Of a DNA stretch of 45,878 bases, positions 1-9,680 are shown one piece after another. Under the pieces are notes generated by a model. It did no database searches. It had not been told where the DNA came from and saw only the letters and a program-made list of their open reading frames with translations. Both the position numbers and the translations under genes were made by a program. The stretch lies in sequence record DRR378314_130; one strand, given 5' to 3'. The first letter of the stretch is position 1. The number at the start of each line of letters is the position of its first letter.

Positions 1-29
1 CGGGAGTTCGAGCCTCTCACGACCCACCA
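1..29 (+). tRNA. 3' part of a tRNA (T-arm, acceptor strand, CCA); probably tRNA-Val, Lys not excluded; 5' end lies outside the window
   Basis: GGGAG-TTCGAGC-CTCTC T-stem/loop followed by ACGACCC-A-CCA; anticodon not visible. Confidence 0.85.
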
Positions 30-101
30 TTAAATCAATGACATAGCTAGATTTTGCGAAGCGCTCCGCGGTGCAGTGCACCTAGGCGAGTTGGTCAGGC
101 C

Positions 102-245
102 TCACGAATTCGGACAAAGATCCAAGATCTCTGCAGCTTCCTGGAGATGATTTGGCGCAAATCTCGCATAGGTCTGATACGTGCTTACAACGTTTGAATG
201 ACCGGCCTCGATCGCCTTGGCCAGCGTGTCCGCAATGGTCTGCAT
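102..245 (-). pseudogene. C-terminal remnant of a tyrosine recombinase/phage integrase
   Basis: Hand translation of a minus frame below the ORF-track cutoff: MQTIADTLAKAIEAGHSNVVSTYQTYARFAPNHLQEAAEILDLCPNS*. It has the Box II GHS...T...YA motif with catalytic Tyr and lies next to a tRNA 3' end. Confidence 0.65.
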
Positions 246-474
246 TTCTGCGCCTGTTTCTGAGAAACATGGTTGGGACTCCGGTAGACTGGTGCGAAAC
301 TCACCGTCAATCCTGCGTGAAGTCCTGTTAAGAAAACTCTAAATGGTCTGTTTGAGATGCGCTTTATTGGTTAGACTTTTAGTTAGACTTGGACCAAAGA
401 CCGCTCTACTGCGATCAGCTGTATCCTGTCCCGTATCACGCTGCATTCGTCCGCCGTTGCATCCACTTATTCGA

Positions 475-933
475 TCACGACTGCATATGGTACTTCGCGT
501 CAACCTTGTTGATTGCCTCGACATTCCCCGCGGAGCGACCCACCGGATCGAAGCAGGACGACAGGAATGCCTGCACGATCGATTTTGCAAGCTCCGCACC
601 AACCACCCGGGCGCCCAGCGTTATGATCTGTGCATTGTTGGAGGTCGCGGCTTTCTCCGCCGAATAGGTGTCATGGCATTGGGCGGCGCGGATACCCGGC
701 ACCTTGTTGGCCGCCAGGCAGACTCCGATGCCAGTCCCGCAGACCAGAATGGCACGATCATACTCACCCGCGACGACTGCAGAACCGACACGATCAGACA
801 GATTTGCATAGAAGACATCCGGGCCTTCCACTGCCTCGGAAATCTCGGCGACCGCGTAGGTCTCTCTGAAGTGATCCGCGAGCAGTTTTGCCAATGCGGC
901 TCCGGCACTATCACCGGCAAATGCAATCTTCAT
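475..933 (-). CDS. rpiB: RpiB/LacA family sugar-phosphate isomerase (D-erythrulose-4-phosphate isomerase, EryI/DerI-like)
   Basis: [11 protein letters not shown] start, ILVCGTGIG...[25 protein letters not shown] motifs; in ery locus. Confidence 0.9.
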   Translation of the reverse strand: MKIAFAGDSAGAALAKLLADHFRETYAVAEISEAVEGPDVFYANLSDRVGSAVVAGEYDRAILVCGTGIGVCLAANKVPGIRAAQCHDTYSAEKAATSNNAQIITLGARVVGAELAKSIVQAFLSSCFDPVGRSAGNVEAINKVDAKYHMQS

Positions 934-950
934 GGTAGATCCTTCCCGTT

Positions 951-1718
951 TCAGATGGCACCGGCGCAGCGGCGCAAAATGTTCAAATAGCCTTCGACAG
1001 TCCAGGCTGAGCGCCCGATGAAAAGCCCGTCGATATGTGGGCAGACGATCAACTGTGCGCAATTTTCCGGGTTCACCGATCCCCCATAGAGGCAGGCAAC
1101 GCGTTGCCCCAGAACGTCTTGTGCAACGGCGATGATCTCTCTCTGCCGGGCGTCGGCGTACTCTGCACTTGCCGGCATGCCCCCATGGCCAATGGCCCAG
1201 ACAGGTTCATAGGCAAGCAGCACCGGCGCGGATCTCTCCGTGCCTTGCAGTCCTGACAACGCACTTCGGACCTGGGTTTCCAAAACCTCGGTGACCCGCC
1301 CGGCGTCATGATCAGCCAGCGTTTCGCCGATGCAAATCAGCGGGATCAGTCCATGCCGAACAGCTGCTGCTGTCTTGAGCCCCACGGTTTCGTCCGTTTC
1401 CCCGAAATGCGTGCGGCGTTCCGAATGACCAAGCTCGACAATATCGAGAGCACAGTCCGTCAACATCAACGGTGAGACCTCGCCTGTCCAGGCGCCCTCA
1501 TCCTCCCAATGCATGTTCTGCGCGCCAACTTTGACAGAAGAGCCGGAGAGCTGGTTCTTCACCTCTCGTACAGCCGTGAACGCCGGGATCACAAACCTCT
1601 GGATGCGCGGGTCGGCTGCGCCATCTGCTTCGGCCAGCTCCGAGGCAAAATATTGCGCCTGCGCCAGTGTTTTGTTCATCTTCCAGCTTGTGCCAACCCA
1701 ATACCGCGCGCGTGTCAT
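951..1718 (-). CDS. tpiB: Triose-phosphate isomerase paralogue (L-erythrulose-1-phosphate isomerase, TpiA2/TpiB/EryH-like)
   Basis: [28 protein letters not shown]; variant GLFIGRSAW typical of the ery-associated paralogue. Confidence 0.9.
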   Translation of the reverse strand: MTRARYWVGTSWKMNKTLAQAQYFASELAEADGAADPRIQRFVIPAFTAVREVKNQLSGSSVKVGAQNMHWEDEGAWTGEVSPLMLTDCALDIVELGHSERRTHFGETDETVGLKTAAAVRHGLIPLICIGETLADHDAGRVTEVLETQVRSALSGLQGTERSAPVLLAYEPVWAIGHGGMPASAEYADARQREIIAVAQDVLGQRVACLYGGSVNPENCAQLIVCPHIDGLFIGRSAWTVEGYLNILRRCAGAI

Positions 1719-2494
1719 CTGTCAGCCTCTTTGCCGTCCGTGATGGTGAGAGTCAGCCCCGCCTGATCCAGCGCATCACGATGTTCCGGGGCGGGCGCGC
1801 TGTCAGTGATGATGTGATCGAATTCATGCAACCCGGCGAGCCGGTGCAGGGCAGCCTGCCCAAAGCGACTGTGACTGACCAGCAGACAACGGCGCTGCGC
1901 CTGATCCATCATGGCGCGCTTGCTGCGCAGCACGTCTTCATCCATGTGGCAGACTTCCAGCCCTGACACGGCCGGGCTGGAAACAAAGGCAAGGTCAGCG
2001 CGCAGTTGGGCGAGTGCATCCTCTGCCAGTTTACCAAGAAAGGCATTGTATTTATCGCTGAACACCCCGCCAAGTGCGATCAGCGTGATGCCGGTTTCCG
2101 TCTTCAACGCATCAATCACGGCACCGTTGTTGGTGATCACGGTAAGCGGGCGTTTCGCCACGCATTCCCGCCCCAACACAGCCGCCATGGAACCATCGTT
2201 GATCATGACGGTCATGCCCGGTTCGATCAACTCAAGGGCCGCCCGCGCCATGGCGGCTTTTGCATCACCCCCCTGCCGTTCACGGAAGCGAAAGTCGCTC
2301 TCGAACCGGGTGCCGGAGCGGATGGTTGCTCCTCCCCGGATCTTGCGCAGCAGGCCGGCCGTTTCCAACTCGTCCAAATCGCGATGGATGGTCATCTTTG
2401 ATACGGAAAACCGGTCCGCGAGCGCATCAAGCTCAACCTCGCCATCCCGCACAAGGAGGTCCATGATCATCTGCTGTCTGTCGTCGCGCTTCAT
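1715..2494 (-). CDS. DeoR/GlpR family transcriptional regulator (EryR-like)
   Basis: N-terminal wHTH VSKMTIHRDLDELE, RGGA, VITN; RBS AAGGAG upstream of ATG 2494; 4-bp overlap with tpiB. Confidence 0.88.
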   Translation of the reverse strand: MKRDDRQQMIMDLLVRDGEVELDALADRFSVSKMTIHRDLDELETAGLLRKIRGGATIRSGTRFESDFRFRERQGGDAKAAMARAALELIEPGMTVMINDGSMAAVLGRECVAKRPLTVITNNGAVIDALKTETGITLIALGGVFSDKYNAFLGKLAEDALAQLRADLAFVSSPAVSGLEVCHMDEDVLRSKRAMMDQAQRRCLLVSHSRFGQAALHRLAGLHEFDHIITDSAPAPEHRDALDQAGLTLTITDGKEADR

Positions 2495-2523
2495 CTGGCA
2501 CTCCTTCTCTTTGCAACATGACA

Positions 2524-2578
2524 CATCACAAAAATCACGTCAATTATGTTATTTTGTGACTTATTAATTGTTACATCA
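2524..2578 (-). promoter_or_regulatory. Putative DeoR-type operator/divergent promoter region
   Basis: AT-rich stretch with inverted CACAAAA...TTTTGTG and TGTTACATCA between divergent regulator and fbp. Confidence 0.4.
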
Positions 2579-2796
2579 GAGAGATCACACTACCCCTGTG
2601 GCGATAAAAACCGCATCTACCATCTCTAAATTTGCCAGGCTTCGCCAACATTCACTGGCGTATGGGCGACGGATATGATCGAACGTTGCGACTCCAATGC
2701 ATCGCTGGACTCTTCAGATTTTGCGGATCACTCCGGCACCTTTACAAAGACGAACGTCGCCAAACCAAACACCACCTCTGGACCAACAGGACAGAC

Positions 2797-3798
2797 ATGA
2801 CGCCTGATGCACTGATACTGGACGACGATGGAGCGATTTCCGCGCCGACGCTCGCCACCTTCCTGACCGACCGCACAGACGCAGCCGCGGCACGCCCCGC
2901 CCTCGCCCGTCTACTTGAGGTCATCGCCAATGCAAGCTCACCTTTGGCGACCCGCCTGGCACAGGGCCGGCTGCCGGGCGATCCGACCGCTACGATTGGG
3001 GTGAACGAGTCCGGTGACAAACAGAAGGCGCTCGATATGGGCGCGCATCATCACTACCTCGCAGTCTTGAAGGAGTGCGGCGTGGCACGGGTGCTGTCGG
3101 AAGAGAGCGATGAGGTCATCACCCTGAATGCCGACGGACAATTCGACGTTGCGATGGATCCCATTGACGGCTCCGGCAGTATCGGGATTGGCGCACCTCT
3201 GGGCGCCTTGTTCTGCATCTTCGGCGCAACCGACTGCATGCTGCGATCAGGCCGAGACATCCTGGCCGCGGCCTATGTCTCCTTTGGTCACAGCGTGGAT
3301 TTCGGTTTCAGCACCGGAGCGGGTACCCATATCGCCACATGTGATCCGGTCACCGGCGTGTTCCATGTCGACAGCCCGGATGTGAAGATTGCCCCGGCCA
3401 CCTCCACCATCGCGTTCAACGCCTCCAATCTGCGACACTGGCCGCAGCCCTTGCGCGACTATATCGACACCCTCCTTGCTGGGAGCGAGGGGCCACGAGG
3501 TCGAGATTTCAATATGCGTTGGATTGCCGCCGCCGTGGGCGATCTCCACCGCATCCTGCGCAAGGGCGGCGTGTTCATGTACCCGGCTGACAGCCGAACC
3601 GGATATGAGGGCGGCTTTCTACGCCTTGCCTATGAGGCCTTCCCCATCGCGTTTCTGATCGAGCAGGCCGGCGGGAAGGCAACCGATGGGGTGACCCCCA
3701 TTCTTGGCCGCACCCCAGACAGCCTGCACGCCCGTGTTCCACTCTATTTCGGGGCGGCAGAAGAAATCTCCACGCTCGCCGCAGCATTCGAGACCTAG
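2797..3798 (+). CDS. fbp: Class 1 fructose-1,6-bisphosphatase (possibly also sedoheptulose-1,7-bisphosphatase)
   Basis: GDKQKALD, LSEE, DPIDGS, FNMRWIAAAVGDLHRIL, LRLAYEAFPIAFLIEQAGG; start placed at ATG 2797. Confidence 0.92.
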   Translation: MTPDALILDDDGAISAPTLATFLTDRTDAAAARPALARLLEVIANASSPLATRLAQGRLPGDPTATIGVNESGDKQKALDMGAHHHYLAVLKECGVARVLSEESDEVITLNADGQFDVAMDPIDGSGSIGIGAPLGALFCIFGATDCMLRSGRDILAAAYVSFGHSVDFGFSTGAGTHIATCDPVTGVFHVDSPDVKIAPATSTIAFNASNLRHWPQPLRDYIDTLLAGSEGPRGRDFNMRWIAAAVGDLHRILRKGGVFMYPADSRTGYEGGFLRLAYEAFPIAFLIEQAGGKATDGVTPILGRTPDSLHARVPLYFGAAEEISTLAAAFET

Positions 3799-3808
3799 GC
3801 CCTGCGTC

Positions 3809-3834
3809 AGGAGGCGACTGCCCCGTCGCCTCCT
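3809..3834 (+). terminator. Stem-loop downstream of fbp
   Basis: AGGAGGCGAC-tgcccc-GTCGCCTCCT 10-bp stem; no clear U-tract. Confidence 0.45.
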
Positions 3835-4074
3835 CAGCCAGCACGCCTGACCAAGCTGGCAGAGCATGACTGCCCCTAATCCGTTTTCAGCATGTCCAAG
3901 CTCAAAAGGATCGGCCATCATAGCAGCGGCAATAGTGCAACGGGATCCCCGATGATTCTGCTGGACAGCCGGGGCGCACGCCGACATCGCTTTGTGTCCA
4001 GTCTTAGGTACCCTCAAGTTCCGCTTGTAGTGTTGATCTCATTTCGTGCATGACATTCCAAACAACCTCAGAAG

Positions 4075-4266
4075 GTGAACGATAAGATGGACTATGGGAA
4101 GTCGGGAGCACCCAAGATGGGCAAGAAAAAACCACGCCACAACGAGCACAATGCAAAGGGCTCGGAAGAGAACCCATTTGGTCAGCGGCCCTCGAAGGCT
4201 GACCTCCTGGCCCGTATGAAGGCCACAGCAAGCAAGAAAAAGCAGGGCGAGCCAGTAGAGCGATAA
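4075..4266 (+). CDS. Small basic hypothetical protein (63 aa)
   Basis: Lys-rich ORF, purine-rich coding-like composition, fills an intergenic gap; start GTG 4075 or ATG 4087. Confidence 0.55.
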   Translation: MNDKMDYGKSGAPKMGKKKPRHNEHNAKGSEENPFGQRPSKADLLARMKATASKKKQGEPVER

Positions 4267-4399
4267 CCGCCTGCAGGCTGCGCCGTCTTGACGTTCATGC
4301 GATCTGGACAGCCGGTCATGCGGCAAGGATGCAGCTCAGCGATGAGCCAGATGGCATTGACCCATTGGCCACTAAGGGCGGGCCGGCCTCGCGTCCGCC

Positions 4400-5356
4400 C
4401 TAGCCCGCCAACAGCGCCCGCGCGGTGCGCTCGTCGGTGATCAGCCCCGACAGGCGGCCAGACCGTAGCACCGCGCTGATCGCATCCCGTTTTGTTTCTC
4501 CTCCGGCGAGCGCGATGATCCGATCCTCCCGGTCATCTCCCAATGACACCGCCAGCGTGCGCGCGGTCAGCGTCGTTTCCAGCACTGCGCCTGCGGCATC
4601 AAAGAAATGACCGAGCATCTCACCCTTGCCGCCCGCCTTGCGGATCTGTTCAATCTCAGCAGGCTCTATCATCCCGGAGGTGACGAGCTGCGTTTCAGCC
4701 TCGACCGTGCCAATCCCGACGATCTTCAGCGGCGCCGTTTCGGCAAGCTCGAAGACCTCAGCGACGCCACGTTGAGACAGGAGCACCTCGCGGTCCTCAC
4801 TGGTATTGGCAAAGAAGGGCACCGGCATCACATAGGCCTGCGCGCCAGTCTTGTCAGCCAGCATGTGCATCACGTCATGCGGGTTGGCAGCAAAGTTCCG
4901 TGTAAGCCCCCCAAGAAGCGACACAAATCGCAACCCCTCGGTGGTCAGCCGTGGCATCGCCCGCACGGCTTCGGCCAGCGTGCGACCGTGACCAATACCG
5001 ATGGTGGTTTCCTCGCCCGCCTCCAGCCAGTGCTTCAGACGGCCCGCGCCAGCCCGGCCAAGCGTGCGCAGGGGCAGCCCCTCTTCTTCGAGATCAGGCG
5101 CCACCTCGCAAATATCCAGCCCGAAGCGCTCAGCCAGTGCGCTCTCCAGCTCGATACATTCGATGATGTCACCCTCGATGCTGACCTTCACCGCCCCCTC
5201 TGAGACTGCGCGCTGGATCAGCCGATGCGCCTTTACCGGCGGCACGCCAAGACGTTTGGCGACTTCGGCCTGACGCAGACCACCGACATAGTGCAGCCAC
5301 GCAGCCCGGATCGCCAGCGAGCGTTCGAGGTCTTCGGTCATCCGGTCACGGGCCAT
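4400..5356 (-). CDS. eryD: SorC/DeoR-family sugar-binding transcriptional regulator (EryD)
   Basis: AAWLHYVGGLRQAEVAKRLG HTH, GIGHGRTL, SLLGG, GEMLGHFFD, LITDE; last gene of the ery transcript. Confidence 0.88.
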   Translation of the reverse strand: MARDRMTEDLERSLAIRAAWLHYVGGLRQAEVAKRLGVPPVKAHRLIQRAVSEGAVKVSIEGDIIECIELESALAERFGLDICEVAPDLEEEGLPLRTLGRAGAGRLKHWLEAGEETTIGIGHGRTLAEAVRAMPRLTTEGLRFVSLLGGLTRNFAANPHDVMHMLADKTGAQAYVMPVPFFANTSEDREVLLSQRGVAEVFELAETAPLKIVGIGTVEAETQLVTSGMIEPAEIEQIRKAGGKGEMLGHFFDAAGAVLETTLTARTLAVSLGDDREDRIIALAGGETKRDAISAVLRSGRLSGLITDERTARALLAG

Positions 5357-5377
5357 CAGATTCTCCTCTCAGGCGGC

Positions 5378-6529
5378 TCAGCGGGCCGCGTCCATGATGT
5401 GCATCAGGACATCTTCGTCGAGACGAACCGGATTCGCCTTCATCGAGGACGAGGTTGCCGCAGCTCTGGCCGCAGCCGCTCTCATTGTGGTGTCAATGCC
5501 GAGCGCATCAAGCCCCGGCGCGCCTTGCTCGCGCGACCAGTCCGCAAGTGAGGTGAAGGCCGCATCAGACGGGCAGTCCAGAGCCTGCGCGATCCAGCCC
5601 CGAATGTCATCCAGACGGGCAGCGGTTCCGGCATCCGCATGCGCCGCATTTGCTATCAGCCCATGCGGCAGCAGAGCGCCGCAAATGGCGCCATGCGCCG
5701 CACCAGACAGACCACCAAGCGGCCCCGCAAGCCCATGCACCACGCCAAGGCCCGCATTCGCGAGCGCCAGCCCGCCACACAGCGAGGTCCAAGCCATCGC
5801 GCCCCGCGCAGCAGCATCCTCTGCCATCATCAGGCGCCGCAAGGCGTTCAGCCCGGCCGGAATTGCGGACCGGCACAGGGCGTCGGTCATCGGGTTGGCG
5901 CTTGCGCAGATATAGGGCTCAATCACCTGCGTGATTGCATCCAACCCCGAGGCCAATGTGACATGACGCGGACAGCCGTCACTCAGGCTTGGGTCCACAA
6001 CTGCCATGCGCGGTACCATCCGTGCATCCCTCAGACTGACCTTGCGCTGCGCGCCCGGCACCGCAATCACCGCGTTGCGCGTGACTTCTGCCCCCGTTCC
6101 GGAGGTGGTCGGCACCGCCACAAACGGCAGTGGTGCGTGATCCAGCGGCAGCCCCTGCCCGACCACTTCGAGATGGTCGATCAATGGCCGGGACGCCGGC
6201 ACCAATGCAGCAATTGCCTTGCCCGCATCGATCGCCGCGCCACCGCCCAGCGCAACCACGGCCTCAGCACCCTTCGCGTGTGCCAGCTCGACGCCGGCGG
6301 CAATCATGTCAACATCCGGCTCCGACGCCGTTGGACAAAGCGTGACGACGCAGCCCGCGCCCTGCAAGGCAGAGACAAGCCATGCCGCCCGCTGCACAGT
6401 CGCGCCGGTCACCAGCAGGATGCGGCTGCCCAGCGCGGCCATGTCGGGAACCGCCCGGAGTGCCTCGCCCCGTCCAAAACGAATGGCTCCGGCGGTGGCA
6501 AACGCAAATGCAGGCAATTCCCCGGACAT
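5378..6529 (-). CDS. Iron-containing alcohol dehydrogenase
   Basis: LGGGAAIDAGK, VPTTSGTGAEVT, VVDP, GLDAITQ, GVVHGLA...HG metal ligands. Confidence 0.9.
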   Translation of the reverse strand: MSGELPAFAFATAGAIRFGRGEALRAVPDMAALGSRILLVTGATVQRAAWLVSALQGAGCVVTLCPTASEPDVDMIAAGVELAHAKGAEAVVALGGGAAIDAGKAIAALVPASRPLIDHLEVVGQGLPLDHAPLPFVAVPTTSGTGAEVTRNAVIAVPGAQRKVSLRDARMVPRMAVVDPSLSDGCPRHVTLASGLDAITQVIEPYICASANPMTDALCRSAIPAGLNALRRLMMAEDAAARGAMAWTSLCGGLALANAGLGVVHGLAGPLGGLSGAAHGAICGALLPHGLIANAAHADAGTAARLDDIRGWIAQALDCPSDAAFTSLADWSREQGAPGLDALGIDTTMRAAAARAAATSSSMKANPVRLDEDVLMHIMDAAR

Positions 6530-6967
6530 TCAGACCTCCAGATCCGCGATCATCATCACGGCATTGGCGGCTTCTTCGCCCTTCTTGATGAAATGCTGGT
6601 GGTAGAAACTCAGATGCTCTTCGCTCGGCTGGAAGTGATGCGGCGTCAGCGACACGGAAAACACCGGCACTCCGGTGTCCATCTGCGCGCGCATCAACCC
6701 CTCGACCACAGTGGCCGCGACAAATTCATGGCGATAAATACCACCATCGACAACAAGCGCAGCACAGACCACCGCGTCGTACTTGCCACTCTCCCCCAGT
6801 TTCTTGGCCAGCAGTGGCATCTCAAAGGCGCCGGGCACATCAAAGGTATCCACCTCCGCCACACGCCCTGCTCCGTCCATGCATGTGTTGAAACCGACCA
6901 GAGCCTGATCGACGATATCGCTGTGCCAGCGGGCCTTCACAAAGGCAATTTTGAGTGTATCAGTCAT
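6530..6967 (-). CDS. ribH2: 6,7-dimethyl-8-ribityllumazine synthase, type II
   Basis: KARWHSDIV, VPGAFEMP, VVDGGIYRHEFVA, LTPHHF (type II signature); preceded by FMN riboswitch. Confidence 0.93.
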   Translation of the reverse strand: MTDTLKIAFVKARWHSDIVDQALVGFNTCMDGAGRVAEVDTFDVPGAFEMPLLAKKLGESGKYDAVVCAALVVDGGIYRHEFVAATVVEGLMRAQMDTGVPVFSVSLTPHHFQPSEEHLSFYHQHFIKKGEEAANAVMMIADLEV

Positions 6968-7043
6968 AGAACCATCCTATCTTGTTCAAATGGTCCCAAG
7001 GCATTTCGTACCCGGCCACAGGGGGCCCTGGCCACCTGCGACT

Positions 7044-7170
7044 GGTTCTCTACCATCCGGACTTTAACCGTCGGCTCCGGAATTCCACCGGTATCTGCTG
7101 ACCCTGCCGCATGGCAGGCGCTCGCGGGCTGTCACCGCCGGTGGGGAATTTCACCCCGCCCTGAGAACAA
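7044..7170 (-). ncRNA. FMN riboswitch (RFN element)
   Basis: Minus strand reads GTTCTCAGGGCGGGGTGAAATTCCCCACCGGCGGT...AGCCCGCGAGCG...GTCAGCAGA...CCGGTGGAATTCCGGAGCCGACGGTTAAAGTCCGGATGGTAGAGAAC, the RFN consensus, ~75 nt upstream of ribH2. Confidence 0.96.
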
Positions 7171-7222
7171 AAACCTCATGGCGGGTTTTGCCCGTAAAAA
7201 CAAGCCCCCTGAAAACAAACCG

Positions 7223-8155
7223 TCAAATCCGGAGATCACCGGCACCCGTGTCAATATGGGGCGCCCAGAATGCGATGCTTTCGGCGATTTGCGGGATCAC
7301 CTGCCGGTCGTTGGGTTCGCGCTCCTTGAATGACAGCTCAAGGCATATCTCATTGTTCTTCGCCCCCCCCTCTGCTAGTGCGGCCAGCAAGGGACCTGGC
7401 TGTATCGCTCCATTTGCGTTGAACTCCGATGTGAACGGGCGATGACCGGATTTATCCATCATCGACTGCTTGATGTGAATGATCGGCGACACCTGCGGCA
7501 CTGCCCGTGCCCAGGCGTAGGGATCGGTGTCGGCAGGGTTCGGGCTGGTCACATCACCGTGGTCAATGTCGGCCATCATCCACATGGGAACAGCCATTTC
7601 AGCTGCCGTCAGGCGATCCTGCAGAGCCATGCAATCGGCGATGGTCGCGCCAAATTCCCGACCAACGCTCATCGGCTCCCAATAGACATATGCCAGCCCA
7701 GCGGCCCTTGCGTGTTCGGCGACCTCGGCCCAACAGTCGATGGCGATCTGGACAAGCTCTTCGCGGCGTGCAGGCGCATCAAAGTCCCGGTAGGTGAAAA
7801 TCGCAAACTGCGTCCCCACCGAAGTCCCGCCCAGATCACCAACGATATCAGCGAAGCATTTGAACCAGTCCACGTAGTAGCGCCGCACATCCCGGTCCGG
7901 GTGGCCAAAGTGGTTGAGACGACCATACGGACCCGTCATTCCGGATGTGCACCGCACCCCGCTACGCTGGCAGGCGCGGTCCATCTCGCGCGTCAGGCGA
8001 CGGATGACCGATGCAGGCCAACTCGGATTGATGAACTCATGCGTCAATTGTAAATCCCGGATACGCAGGTCGCGGGCTGTGGTTTCGATCAAATCTGCCG
8101 GCTCGGCAAACCGGTTCACCAGCGGGTTGGTGTTGAGGCTCAGCGTCAGGGGCAT
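7223..8155 (-). CDS. eryC: EryC, TIM-barrel D-erythrulose-1-phosphate 3-epimerase
   Basis: MPLTLSLNTNPLVNRFAEP, MTGPYGRLNHFGHPD, WEPMSVGREFG, DIDHGD; follows eryB. Confidence 0.88.
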   Translation of the reverse strand: MPLTLSLNTNPLVNRFAEPADLIETTARDLRIRDLQLTHEFINPSWPASVIRRLTREMDRACQRSGVRCTSGMTGPYGRLNHFGHPDRDVRRYYVDWFKCFADIVGDLGGTSVGTQFAIFTYRDFDAPARREELVQIAIDCWAEVAEHARAAGLAYVYWEPMSVGREFGATIADCMALQDRLTAAEMAVPMWMMADIDHGDVTSPNPADTDPYAWARAVPQVSPIIHIKQSMMDKSGHRPFTSEFNANGAIQPGPLLAALAEGGAKNNEICLELSFKEREPNDRQVIPQIAESIAFWAPHIDTGAGDLRI

Positions 8156-8156
8156 T

Positions 8157-9668
8157 TCAAGCCGCCTCCTGAACACTGGTCTCGAACCATTCGGTGAAGA
8201 TTGCAATTTCCTTCGAGCTCATACTGAGCCGGTTCTTGGTGCGCCGCCAGATCACATCTTCGGCGGTCTGCGCCCATTCATGCGCCACCAGATACCGCAC
8301 CTCGGCCTCATAGAGATGCCCACCAAAATAGCGGCCCAGCCCCTCGGTTGAAGATGCCTGCCCCACGATCTGAGCAGTCAGCGTCCCGTATCGGCGTCCA
8401 TAGTAATCGCGCAGCACCCGACTCATCCACGGATAGTCCCGCTTCATCCGCTCTCGGAACAGATCAAAATCTGCATTTTCCATATCCCCTCCGGGCAAGG
8501 CCGCACTCTCGGTCCAGTCCGCGCCCATCTGCGGGAAGAACTTTTGCAAGCGATGCAGCCCGCGCTCTGCCAATTCACGATAGGTGGTGATCTTGCCGCC
8601 AAAGATATTCAGCAGTGGCGCCCCGCCAACCTCGTCGAGATCAAACACATAGTCTCGGGTCACAGCCGATGGATTGCCCTGACCATCGTCAAACAAGGGC
8701 CGCACCCCCGAAAAACTCTCCAGCACATCCCCGGCGGTCAGTTTCTCCTTGAAATAGCGGTTCACTGCATCGAGCAGATAGTCCACTTCGCCCGCTTCGC
8801 AGGCGACATCCTCCGCCCGCCCGTCATATGAAACATCCGTCGTTCCGATCAGCGCCTTGTCGCCTTCATAGGCATTGATGAAGATCACTCGCTTGTCATG
8901 GTTCTGGACCAGATAGCTGTGCGGCCCCTCCCAGAATTTGGGCGTGATGATGTGCGATCCCTTCACCAGCCGCACATTACGGGTGGAATTTGCTCCTGCG
9001 ACGCGGGTCAGCACATCGGTGACCCATGGCCCCGCTGCATTCACAAGCACCTTGGCGCTGAACTGACGTGCCTCTCCGCTCTGGCTGTTCTGTGTGGTAA
9101 CCAGCCACCGGCCATCCTCTCGTCGCGCAGACACAGCAGGCGCACGTGTCAACACCAGCGCGCCGCGTTCTGCCGCATCCACTGCATTCAGCACAACCAG
9201 TCGGGCGTCATCCACCCAGCAATCCGAGTATTCAAACCCACGTCTAAATTCGTCGAGGATCGGCGCTCCCTCCGGCGCACGCTGCAGATCCAGAACCCGC
9301 GTCCCCGGTAGCTTCTTTCGCCCTCCGAGGTGATCATAGAGAAACAGCCCCAACCGAACCAGCCAGGCGGGCCGGTCCTGTGGGCTATGTGGCAACACGA
9401 ACCGCAGGGGCCAGATGATGTGCGGCGCTGCATTCATCAATACCTCGCGCTCGATCAGTGCTTCCCGCACCAGCCGGAACTCGTAGTATTCGAGATAGCG
9501 CAGCCCACCATGCACCAACTTGCCTGACCGCGAGGAGGCGCCCTCGGCCAGATCGCCCTTCTCGCACAGTGCAACCGTCAGGCCCCGCCCTGCGGCATCG
9601 CGCGCAAAACCTGCGCCATTGATGCCGCCGCCAATCACAAACAGATCAATATGTTCCGTGGTGCTCAT
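8157..9668 (-). CDS. eryB: FAD-dependent erythritol-phosphate dehydrogenase (GlpD-like)
   Basis: IGGGINGAG FAD motif, SSRSGKLVHGGLRYLE, DCWVDDARL, GGKITTYR; between eryA and eryC. Confidence 0.9.
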   Translation of the reverse strand: MSTTEHIDLFVIGGGINGAGFARDAAGRGLTVALCEKGDLAEGASSRSGKLVHGGLRYLEYYEFRLVREALIEREVLMNAAPHIIWPLRFVLPHSPQDRPAWLVRLGLFLYDHLGGRKKLPGTRVLDLQRAPEGAPILDEFRRGFEYSDCWVDDARLVVLNAVDAAERGALVLTRAPAVSARREDGRWLVTTQNSQSGEARQFSAKVLVNAAGPWVTDVLTRVAGANSTRNVRLVKGSHIITPKFWEGPHSYLVQNHDKRVIFINAYEGDKALIGTTDVSYDGRAEDVACEAGEVDYLLDAVNRYFKEKLTAGDVLESFSGVRPLFDDGQGNPSAVTRDYVFDLDEVGGAPLLNIFGGKITTYRELAERGLHRLQKFFPQMGADWTESAALPGGDMENADFDLFRERMKRDYPWMSRVLRDYYGRRYGTLTAQIVGQASSTEGLGRYFGGHLYEAEVRYLVAHEWAQTAEDVIWRRTKNRLSMSSKEIAIFTEWFETSVQEAA

Positions 9669-9680
9669 GAGAGAGTTCCC

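Noticed and set aside
343-990. 215-aa plus-strand ORF
   Set aside because: Antisense to rpiB; no motifs
951-1718. Housekeeping glycolytic tpiA
   Set aside because: Variant motifs and position next to rpiB/DeoR in the ery locus indicate the tetrose-phosphate isomerase paralogue
5639-7333. 564-aa plus-strand ORF
   Set aside because: Antisense shadow of Fe-ADH, ribH2, the riboswitch and eryC; Arg/His-rich with no recognisable motif, typical of high-GC DNA
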